From an uncultured archaeon (lineage in GTDB: Archaea > Iainarchaeota > Iainarchaeia > Iainarchaeales > JAAZKV01), in NCBI GenBank assembly GCA_964551375.1, contig CAZKBG010000001.1:270001-302000 (forward strand): 32,000 nt of DNA, read 5' to 3'. Shown in pieces: positions 16,982 through 24,235 of this stretch. A program made the translations under genes and the position numbers. A model generated the notes under the pieces. The model did not search any database, had not been told where the DNA came from, and worked only from the letters and a program-made list of their open reading frames with translations. Within the stretch, counting starts at the first letter, position 1; each line of letters starts with the position of its first letter.

Positions 16982-17017
16982 AGCATGAATTAATCTTCAC
17001 TTGAGGTGCTTTTTAAT

Positions 17018-17263
17018 ATGGCTGAAATAATAGTTTATTCAACAGCAACCTGCCCTTACTGCGTAATGGCAAAAAATTTCCTAAAAGAGAAGAAAGTTGA
17101 ATTTGAAGATGTTAATGTCGGCCTTAATCAGGAGAAGGCACGCGAAATGATAAAAAAAAGCGGACAAATGGGCGTTCCTGTAATTGATATTGCGGGCGAA
17201 GTAATAATCGGATTTGACAAACCAAAAATGGAAGCAGCTCTTAAGAAAAAGAAACTTGTTTAA
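17018..17263 (+). CDS. Glutaredoxin-like / NrdH-like small thiol-disulfide oxidoreductase
   Basis: IVYSTATCPYCVMAKNFLKEKKVEFEDVNV (CPYC active site), then GQMGVPVIDIAGEVIIGFD (cis-Pro and GG-like motifs). The ATG at 17018 follows the gaggtg SD-like sequence. Confidence 0.88.
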   Translation: MAEIIVYSTATCPYCVMAKNFLKEKKVEFEDVNVGLNQEKAREMIKKSGQMGVPVIDIAGEVIIGFDKPKMEAALKKKKLV

Positions 17264-17315
17264 ATAAAATTGGTTAAATTACTAAACGGCAACAAATCCA
17301 GAACTGATTGCCTAA

Positions 17316-17687
17316 TTAGCAAGTCACATGAATCAAAGCATTTGCCTTCTGCCCGCGCTTTAAGGTTTCATTTAACCTTTCAATTGCCTGAGGAGTCGGA
17401 AGAACCAAAAGAGCAGTTCTTTGCTTTAGCAGAACTTCAGCATCAGGAGTTAGTTTAGTCATTCCGTCAAAACCTGTGCCGATTATTACTTCCCACGGAG
17501 CGCCTCTTAAAAGTTCCTTTGCTTCGTCAAAATCAATAATATGCCAAGTGCCGTATTTTCTATCCAGCGCGGAATAATTTCTTTCATGCACTCTGCCTTC
17601 AATAAAAAGAATATCTTTTAGCGCGCTTCCATCAAAGCAAATCTTTCCCCATTCAACAGAAAATTTTTCTATTTTTTCCTTTCCCAA
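17316..17687 (-). CDS. Mth938-like domain protein (DUF498)
   Basis: The pattern FDG...H-x-I...EVIIGTGFDGMTKLTPDAEVLLKQ...VLPTPQAIERLNE...ALIHVTC matches my recollection of the MTH938 family, including the C-terminal H-x-T-C. Confidence 0.75.
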   Translation of the reverse strand: MGKEKIEKFSVEWGKICFDGSALKDILFIEGRVHERNYSALDRKYGTWHIIDFDEAKELLRGAPWEVIIGTGFDGMTKLTPDAEVLLKQRTALLVLPTPQAIERLNETLKRGQKANALIHVTC

Positions 17688-17711
17688 ATATGCTCACCGC
17701 AATTAATTTGA

Positions 17712-18458
17712 TTATATGCTAAGCTTTCCATCAATGAATCTAAAATAAATCATGCAAATTACAATTAAGCCCCCAAGAAGGAACCACCACTGGCGGGTCA
17801 AATCAACTTGAACAAAATTTCCTGCCTGAAGCAGAAGCTCAAAGCCCAAAACTATTACCCAAATCAAAACAGCCCACATTATCGCTTTTTTCCACCAGAC
17901 ATTAATGAACATCCCTCTGCTTCTTGCATGCTTCTTTTTTACAAACTCTTCATCAGTAAGTTCTCCGCTCGGCTCATCCCCCAAATCTTCTTCCCCATTT
18001 AATTCTGCTTCGCTCTCTCCATCAATAGGCTCTTCTTCGCCCGCAGCAGCCTCTTCTTCAGTTAATCCTTCTTCTCCTTCAGGAACTTCTTCGCCCAAAT
18101 CGACTGAATCAGCATCTGCTTCGTTTAAATCAGAATCATCTTCAGAAGGAACTTTTTCATATTCGCTGGGAAGTTTCTTTTTTGCATACCTGCTTTTCTT
18201 TGAATTAAAAATTCGGGCTAATCCTCTTGGCTCATCGCTTCCGCGAATAGTAAAATGCTGGGGTTTTTCATGAATTATAATAGGTTTTTCAACAATGAAA
18301 GTTTTTACCCTTGTCCGCTCTTTCTGTTCGGAAGGGAGCACATCTTTGTGCCTTGAAAAAAAGCCCTTATCAAATCCCTTTGGGGTTTCTTCAAAAACAG
18401 GCTTTTGAGATTTTGAAACAACTTTCTTTTTGGGCTTTGATTTTTTCTTTTGCGGCAT
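17712..18458 (-). CDS. Hypothetical protein: poly-Lys N-terminus, long acidic region, two C-terminal TM helices
   Basis: MPQKKKSKPKKKVV..., then a D/E-rich stretch (SEDDSDLNEADADSVDLGEEVPEGEEGLTEEEAAAGEEEPIDGESEAELNGEEDLGDE), then WWKKAIMWAVLIWVIVLGFELLL and WWFLLGGLIVICMIYF. A minus-strand TATA lies about 25 nt upstream. Confidence 0.75.
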   Translation of the reverse strand: MPQKKKSKPKKKVVSKSQKPVFEETPKGFDKGFFSRHKDVLPSEQKERTRVKTFIVEKPIIIHEKPQHFTIRGSDEPRGLARIFNSKKSRYAKKKLPSEYEKVPSEDDSDLNEADADSVDLGEEVPEGEEGLTEEEAAAGEEEPIDGESEAELNGEEDLGDEPSGELTDEEFVKKKHARSRGMFINVWWKKAIMWAVLIWVIVLGFELLLQAGNFVQVDLTRQWWFLLGGLIVICMIYFRFIDGKLSI

Positions 18459-18479
18459 GATAGTAGTAGGAAAATGTGG

Positions 18480-18489
18480 TATTTAAGTG
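18480..18489 (-). promoter_or_regulatory. TATA box for the 17712-18458 gene
   Basis: The minus strand reads cacttaaatacc, centred about 25 nt upstream of the ATG at 18458 (leaderless geometry). Nearly the same 12-mer occurs at 23448-23459 on the plus strand. Confidence 0.45.
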
Positions 18490-18555
18490 TTGCGTTAAAA
18501 GTAAGAAAACAGCCAAAATTAGAAAACTAAAGAGCAAAAACAGCCTCACAAAACC

Positions 18556-18563
18556 TTTAAATT
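18556..18563 (+). promoter_or_regulatory. TATA box for the large surface-protein gene
   Basis: ctttaaattg is centred about 25 nt upstream of the ATG at 18585 (leaderless geometry). Confidence 0.45.
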
Positions 18564-18584
18564 GAAATAAAATATTCTATTCTA

Positions 18585-21500
18585 ATGCAAATAACAAAGA
18601 AACCAGCAAATTTCACGCTTATTTTAATCGCCTTATTAATCACAGCAAGTTTTGTTTTCGCAAGCACTCCCGGCGATATTTCCACCTGTCAAATTATTGA
18701 TACTCCGGGAACTTACAATCTTACAACAAATATTACAAATATAACCGCAAATTGCTTTGCAATATACTCCAGCAATGTGACGTTAAACGGAAACGGTCGC
18801 TTAATTGAAGGAACCAACACACTTGGAATGATGGGAGTTACAGTTTACAACTCATCAAACGTGACTGTCAGAAATTTAAAAATTAAGAACTTTGGCGGAT
18901 GCACAACTGGGTGCGGAGGGCAGGGAATGGCAGTTTGGAACACTTCCAACAGCACATTTTCAAACTTGGAATTTATTAACAATGTATACATGGGGGCATC
19001 CATTTACAGAAGCTCAAATGTGGCTCTTACAGACAGCAATATTTCTGGATCTACTTCATACGGAATATCGCTATTATCAAATTACAGCCCAAACCAAATC
19101 AATAATATACGAGTCAACGGAGGCGCATACGGAATATTTATTGGAGACACAAACAGCGCTCTGCTAAATAATATTTATGTTTCAAACACCAGTGAAGGAA
19201 TCACTCTTGTTGACAGCAATCGCAACACAATTACTAACTACACCGCCGAGGCGAATAATTATCCTCTGGTTTTTGCACGGGATAGTTATTACAATCAATT
19301 AAGCACGCTCAAGCTAGTTAACAACAATTCAGCAACCCTAATATTAACCGAGTCAAATAATAACACCTTTTTTGATGTGTCAATAACAGGCAGTTCGCCA
19401 GGCTCATTTTATGGAGAAGATTCTTTTCAAACCACTGCCGACAATCTTAATATTTTCACTCAAAATACTGACAGCTGGTGGCTATTTAACACTGGAAGCC
19501 TGACTACTCTTCAAAGACCTTTTGCAACATACAATAATCTGACACTTGGAAATCGCTACGGATCAGTAAAAACAAATCGATTAATATTCTCAATTGCAGA
19601 TGCTCCATTCATATCGCTTAGTGACATTAACATAACACAAAACCTCGTAAAAATAAGGGGCGCAGTTATACAATCCCCTTCTGTTGTAAATATGACTATA
19701 AGATTAAATGGCATTGGAAATATTCCTGCGCCAAAGGCAATGAACAGGGGAATAATATGCGACAGCAACTGTCAGCCAGTTCGTGCACTTGGAGACGGCA
19801 ATTATGAATTCATTGCAACTGTCTCAAGGGACTTTAATTATGCATTCAGCATTGCAAACAACCCGCCCCCACAAGTTGTGCATTTTCCTCCGGCGATAAC
19901 AATAACATCCGCAACAACAATTGCAAATGACTCCAACCAGTCAATAGTTCTTGCATTCAGCGCGACGACAACAGGCGCAACAATAACAAAATATTATGTT
20001 TCGGACAACAATATCAATTGGATAGACAATAACTTGAATACAACTTACACTTTCCTTAATCAAACAGCAGGAACACACAGATATTATGTAAAGGCAGACG
20101 ACAACTTTGGATTGACAAGCAATATTGCGTCAGCAAGCGCAACAATAGTGCCAATAATTATTGCCCCAGCGCCCAACCCAGTTGTTACAATAGGAGCCCC
20201 AACAAGCAGCAATTCAACAACCCCTTCAATTACAATTAATTATTCCGCAACTGCAAGCGCAAGCACAATAACTAATTATTATATTTCGGATAACAATACG
20301 GCTTGGATAGACAATAATTTGAATACATCATTCACCTTCCAAAACCAAACAATAGGAACCCATAATTATTATGTAAAAGCGGACGACAACTTCGGGCACA
20401 TGAGCAGCACTGCCTCAATTACAGTTAATATCACTCAGTCAAATCCTGGAACTACCACAATAACCTCACAGCCAACTGTTAACGGACAAAATTATTACCA
20501 AATTGATTCATGCATGACAATAGACAAGAACGGAGTGTATGATTTGAACAGGGATATTGATGGAATAAATGAGGACTGCTTTGTAATAACATCAAGCAAC
20601 GTAATACTGAATGGAAATAGGAATACAATAAGAGGAGTTGGGGCGGCAGCTTCTGATTACTGGGGAGTTGCAGTTCTTAACGCGTCAAATGTATCAATAA
20701 TAGGACTTCAAATAAAGAACTTTGGAGATTCCAACTGCGCAAGCAGCTGCGACAGCGGAGGACTTTACGCGCAAAATATGAGAAGATCCTCAATTGAAAA
20801 TGTATCAGCAAACCTAAACTCAAGAGGAGCGTATCTTGATAATTCCAGCAACAATGAAATCTCAAACCTAAATACAAACTATAATAAGTACGGGCTTGGG
20901 TTAAACAAAAGCACAAATAATTCTTTTGAAAATCTGACAAATTACCAAAACACCCATGGAATTTCGCTTCTTTTTAATTCAAACAATAATTCATTCACTT
21001 TAACAAACACCGTTGAAAACTCTGAGGGAATAATAATCAACGCAAGCAAAAATAACTCATTTAGGGCGATTAATTCAAGCAAAAACAAAGGATACGGGCT
21101 TAACATTCAAAACGGCGCAAGCTCCAACACTTTTGAAGATGTTCTTCTAAAAGACAATGATTACGGATTGAGCATTGATTCAAGCAAATTAAATTTATTT
21201 AACATGCTCACAATTGAAAACCCTCTATCCCAGTGGATGCAGGTGATGGACAGCAACGCAGGAACTGAATTTTCGCATTTAACGCTAAAATCTTTGGACG
21301 GGGAAATTGAATTTGAACTAGTTAAGCTTCCTGCGAGAAGCTCAATTGTAATGGATAAGGCAAACCTAAATATTACAAAAAATGAAATTTCAATACTTAC
21401 CGAGACTGGCGAGCTTGATTTCTTAAAAGATTTAAATGCCAACCTGATGCTGGCAGGAGTAAGCGGAATAATTAATCCCCTTGCGCAAAATAATCTAAAA

Positions 21501-22508
21501 GACTGCAACAGCACATGCTCAAAAATAGAAACAGCATCAGGAAATACTTACCTGTTTGAGGCAACTTTAACTGATTCTTCAATTAACAGCTTTTCAGTAA
21601 AAAATACCGGAACTGCCCCAGTATCACCCCCTCAAGTTGAAACAAACAAATTCACAAAAATAATGATTTCAAATGATTTGGGGCAGAATCCAAAATCAAT
21701 AATGCCAAACGGAATGACTCCAACAGACCTTGAAATTAAAAGAAGCGTTGAACGCGAGCAGACATTCGGCGGAAAGTACACTTTCACCCTCACTCTCAAA
21801 AACAAATCAACAGAGGATATGAATGGATTAAGAATTGTGGAGTCAATTCCAAAAAATGTTGCAGAAAACGTAAGCCAATTGACTTTCTCAATCCAACCTA
21901 CAAGAATAATTAAAAGCGACCCTATTGTGCAGTGGGATATTAATTCACTAAAGAAAGGAGCGACAAAAATAATCACTTACAGAGTTGCAACTCTTGCAAG
22001 CCCAGGGCTTGACGGACCAAATTTTACGACACTATTCAACCAATACCCTGCCCCAATAACCGCAGTTCCTGAAACTGAGCAGGTTATAGTTCAACCCCCT
22101 GCATTATGCGAACCAACTCAGTGCGATGACAATGATTTATGCACGGAAGAACTGTGCATAGCAAATAAATGCGTTCATAAAAGAATTGAAACAAATGAAT
22201 GCAAAAACCCTCAAACCGAGCAGGGGAATTTGCTTGAAAATCCGATTATTTGGGGATTGATTATAGTTATTTTAATTATTGCAGGAATATTTGGGTTCTT
22301 TATGTACAGAAATTATATAAAAACAAAAAAGCTTGAAAAAGAAGCGGAAGAGCTTCTGGCCCATCCAAAACAAGTTGCAATAGCGCCTAAACAAACTTCA
22401 AATAAAACAAAAGCAAAGGAAATAATGAAAGAAACTTTAATGAAATCGCTAAAAGAAGCGGCAAAAGAAACCAAAACAAGCGAAAAGAAAGCTAAGAAAA
22501 CAAAGTAA
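18585..22508 (+). CDS. Large membrane-anchored surface protein: signal sequence, 2 x parallel-beta-helix modules, 2 x Ig-like repeats, DUF11-like domain, Cys-rich knot, TM, Lys-rich tail
   Basis: 1307-aa uninterrupted ORF. It has an N-terminal hydrophobic signal (FTLILIALLITASFVFAS), ~22-residue N/S/T/G/I-rich repeats typical of PbH1/NosD-like beta-helices, and dozens of N-x-S/T sequons. A C-terminal TM (IIWGLIIVILIIAGIFGFFMY) is followed by a K/E-rich tail. Confidence 0.9.
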   Translation: MQITKKPANFTLILIALLITASFVFASTPGDISTCQIIDTPGTYNLTTNITNITANCFAIYSSNVTLNGNGRLIEGTNTLGMMGVTVYNSSNVTVRNLKIKNFGGCTTGCGGQGMAVWNTSNSTFSNLEFINNVYMGASIYRSSNVALTDSNISGSTSYGISLLSNYSPNQINNIRVNGGAYGIFIGDTNSALLNNIYVSNTSEGITLVDSNRNTITNYTAEANNYPLVFARDSYYNQLSTLKLVNNNSATLILTESNNNTFFDVSITGSSPGSFYGEDSFQTTADNLNIFTQNTDSWWLFNTGSLTTLQRPFATYNNLTLGNRYGSVKTNRLIFSIADAPFISLSDINITQNLVKIRGAVIQSPSVVNMTIRLNGIGNIPAPKAMNRGIICDSNCQPVRALGDGNYEFIATVSRDFNYAFSIANNPPPQVVHFPPAITITSATTIANDSNQSIVLAFSATTTGATITKYYVSDNNINWIDNNLNTTYTFLNQTAGTHRYYVKADDNFGLTSNIASASATIVPIIIAPAPNPVVTIGAPTSSNSTTPSITINYSATASASTITNYYISDNNTAWIDNNLNTSFTFQNQTIGTHNYYVKADDNFGHMSSTASITVNITQSNPGTTTITSQPTVNGQNYYQIDSCMTIDKNGVYDLNRDIDGINEDCFVITSSNVILNGNRNTIRGVGAAASDYWGVAVLNASNVSIIGLQIKNFGDSNCASSCDSGGLYAQNMRRSSIENVSANLNSRGAYLDNSSNNEISNLNTNYNKYGLGLNKSTNNSFENLTNYQNTHGISLLFNSNNNSFTLTNTVENSEGIIINASKNNSFRAINSSKNKGYGLNIQNGASSNTFEDVLLKDNDYGLSIDSSKLNLFNMLTIENPLSQWMQVMDSNAGTEFSHLTLKSLDGEIEFELVKLPARSSIVMDKANLNITKNEISILTETGELDFLKDLNANLMLAGVSGIINPLAQNNLKDCNSTCSKIETASGNTYLFEATLTDSSINSFSVKNTGTAPVSPPQVETNKFTKIMISNDLGQNPKSIMPNGMTPTDLEIKRSVEREQTFGGKYTFTLTLKNKSTEDMNGLRIVESIPKNVAENVSQLTFSIQPTRIIKSDPIVQWDINSLKKGATKIITYRVATLASPGLDGPNFTTLFNQYPAPITAVPETEQVIVQPPALCEPTQCDDNDLCTEELCIANKCVHKRIETNECKNPQTEQGNLLENPIIWGLIIVILIIAGIFGFFMYRNYIKTKKLEKEAEELLAHPKQVAIAPKQTSNKTKAKEIMKETLMKSLKEAAKETKTSEKKAKKTK
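18666..19880 (+). repeat. Intragenic module A (beta-helix plus C-terminal sandwich), paralogous to module B
   Basis: CQIIDTPGTYNL..NCFAIYSSNVTLNGNGRLIEG..NSSNVTVRNLKIKNFGGCTTGCGG ... NITQNLVKI ... CDSNCQPVRALGDGNYEFIATV aligns motif for motif with module B. Confidence 0.8.
19887..20438 (+). repeat. Two tandem ~89-aa Ig-like repeats (19887-20153 and 20172-20438)
   Basis: R1 reads ITKYYVSDNNINWIDNNLNTTYTFLNQTAGTHRYYVKADDNFGLTSNIASASATI. R2 reads ITNYYISDNNTAWIDNNLNTSFTFQNQTIGTHNYYVKADDNFGHMSSTASITVNI. The similarity is also visible at the DNA level (ggatagacaataa, attattatgtaaa, gcggacgacaac). Confidence 0.88.
20490..21611 (+). repeat. Intragenic module B (beta-helix plus C-terminal sandwich), paralogous to module A
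   Basis: CMTIDKNGVYDL..DCFVITSSNVILNGNRNTIRG..NASNVSIIGLQIKNFGDSNCASSCDSGG ... NITKNEISI ... CNSTCSKIETASGNTYLFEATL. Confidence 0.8.
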
Positions 22509-22592
22509 CTAATTAAATTGACTAATTAAATACCAAAAACAGAACTTTATTTTTTATTAATTTAAGCGAATTGATTATTTACGTAAATTAAC

Positions 22593-23384
22593 TTAAGCTC
22601 CTTCAGGGATTAGCTTTACAAATATGTCCCCAAAAAACTCATTCTGATAAGCAATAATCTTGCCGTTGTTCATCAAAAACAACACTGGAAGGAAGGTATC
22701 CACAACAGAATCAACCTCTTTGTCTAAAATTAAGTCATTAAACATCACAAGCCCCTGCGAATCAACTTTTGACTTGATTAAATTAAACACTTCCTCAAGC
22801 TTCTCTTCAATTGAAACAGAGCTGAAGTTAAGCTCAATACGAGGAATATTTCTAATAGAGCCTTTTCTTGGAGTGGTTCTTTGAATAATATCCTCAATGC
22901 TTAACACAAGCTCATCAAGCGTAATCCTTCCCTCTCTTGCCATTCTATTGCTCATCAAATCAGGAATCTGGGCAAGCATCATTGCGCGCTGTTCCTCAGT
23001 GAGCGCCGGCTTTACTTCATCCTCGTCAAGAGAACTTAAGCGCAAATACTTTGATTTTGTCTTAACCAAAATCGCGCAAGCTAATATTGCATTAGCAGGC
23101 ACTCTCAAATTGTTTCCCTCAAGCTCGTTTATTTTTTTTATATACTTTTCAGCCAAGTTCACAACATCAATATCCCAAGGATTCATCTTTTCAGTCTCAA
23201 CTAAATCAAGAAGAATTGTTTTCCAAGCAGGCTGGTCAATTAAATCAACCAAATCCATCTTTGAATAATCCCTCTCAAACTCTTTTTCATTGCTCTCAAG
23301 AGATTCAATATCTTTAGCAGACTCAAGCGCTTCATTTTCAGCGTCGCTAGGCGTACTTGAGTGAATTGGCAAGTCTTTAGGCAT
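22593..23384 (-). CDS. scpA: Segregation and condensation protein A (ScpA, kleisin)
   Basis: LIDQPAWKTILLDLVETEKMNPWDIDVVNLAEKYIKKINELE is the N-terminal ScpA motif (DPWDIDI-like). A C-terminal winged helix follows (VVDTFLPVLFLMNNGKIIAYQNEFFGDI). Confidence 0.85.
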   Translation of the reverse strand: MPKDLPIHSSTPSDAENEALESAKDIESLESNEKEFERDYSKMDLVDLIDQPAWKTILLDLVETEKMNPWDIDVVNLAEKYIKKINELEGNNLRVPANAILACAILVKTKSKYLRLSSLDEDEVKPALTEEQRAMMLAQIPDLMSNRMAREGRITLDELVLSIEDIIQRTTPRKGSIRNIPRIELNFSSVSIEEKLEEVFNLIKSKVDSQGLVMFNDLILDKEVDSVVDTFLPVLFLMNNGKIIAYQNEFFGDIFVKLIPEGA

Positions 23385-23447
23385 ACCAGATTAACATCAT
23401 AAGATAATTATTAAACTTTCGAATGAGCATTTAACGGCTTCAAAAAG

Positions 23448-23490
23448 ACTTAAATACCACTTAAAACTATATTTGCGATACTAAGGTGGT
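23448..23490 (+). promoter_or_regulatory. TATA box plus SD-like sequence upstream of the KaiC-like gene
   Basis: acttaaatacc (23448-23458) lies about 40 nt upstream of the GTG at 23494. aaggtgg (23484-23490) is an SD-like sequence 4-10 nt upstream of the start. Confidence 0.45.
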
Positions 23491-23493
23491 TTT

Positions 23494-24204
23494 GTGGAAC
23501 GAACAAAAACAGGAATACCAGGTCTTGACGAATTATTAAACGGCGGAATACCAAAAGGAAGCAACGTGCTTGTAGCAGGCGGAGCAGGAACAGGAAAAAC
23601 AATAATGGCTACCCAATACTTATACAACGGAGCGCTGCAATTCGGCGAGCCGGGAGTATTTGTTACACTTGAAGGAAATGTAAGAGATATCGCATGGAAC
23701 ATGGAAAGCTTCCAGTGGGATATTAAAGCACTGCAGGACCAGGGAATGTTCACAATCTACCGACTTGGAATGGAACAAATGAAAGACAGGGAATTAATTG
23801 AAGAAAGACTTGAAGAACAGCTCCACGAAATAGCAAAAGAAGTTGAAGATATTAACGCAAAAAGACTTGTAGTTGACTCAACCACAGTATTTGGAGCATA
23901 CCTTGACCCAAGTTTACTTAGAACAACTTTATTCAAATTCTGCGACAGATTAAAATCATTCGGATGCACTACAGTTCTAACTTCAGAAACGCCTCCAAGC
24001 AAAACAAGCTTTTCGGCATTTGGTGTTGAAGAATTTGTTGTGGACGGAGTAATAGCAATGTACTTCTCCCCTCCAAATAGAAGTTTGTTTGTGAGAAAAA
24101 TGAGAGGAACTCCCCACGATTCAAACCCGCACCCATTATCAATAACACCGCAAGGAATAATGGTAAACCCAAGAGACAATATAATTTGGGACGCAATCAA
24201 ATAA
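23494..24204 (+). CDS. Single-domain KaiC/RadC-like RecA-superfamily ATPase
   Basis: TGIPGLDELLNGGIPKGSNVLVAGGAGTGKT (Walker A) and KRLVVDS (Walker B). Length is 236 aa. It has a GTG start preceded by an SD-like sequence. Confidence 0.85.
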   Translation: MERTKTGIPGLDELLNGGIPKGSNVLVAGGAGTGKTIMATQYLYNGALQFGEPGVFVTLEGNVRDIAWNMESFQWDIKALQDQGMFTIYRLGMEQMKDRELIEERLEEQLHEIAKEVEDINAKRLVVDSTTVFGAYLDPSLLRTTLFKFCDRLKSFGCTTVLTSETPPSKTSFSAFGVEEFVVDGVIAMYFSPPNRSLFVRKMRGTPHDSNPHPLSITPQGIMVNPRDNIIWDAIK

Positions 24205-24235
24205 ACATAAAAATTGATTCGATTGGGCAGTTGTT

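Noticed and set aside
17905-18273. 122-aa Ser-rich plus-strand ORF
   Set aside because: It is antisense to the acidic block of the 17712-18458 gene. GAA/GAT-rich codons read as TTC/ATC/TCx on the other strand, so this is a compositional artefact.
19887-20438. Possibility that the two similar repeats are a DGR template/variable repeat pair
   Set aside because: The differences between the copies are spread over all four bases and are not adenine-specific. Both copies are in frame within one gene, and no reverse transcriptase or accessory gene is present in the window.
23494-24204. KaiC-like ATPase as archaellum component ArlH/FlaH
   Set aside because: No other archaellum genes (arlB, arlI, arlJ and so on) are nearby, so the generic KaiC/RadC-like call is safer.
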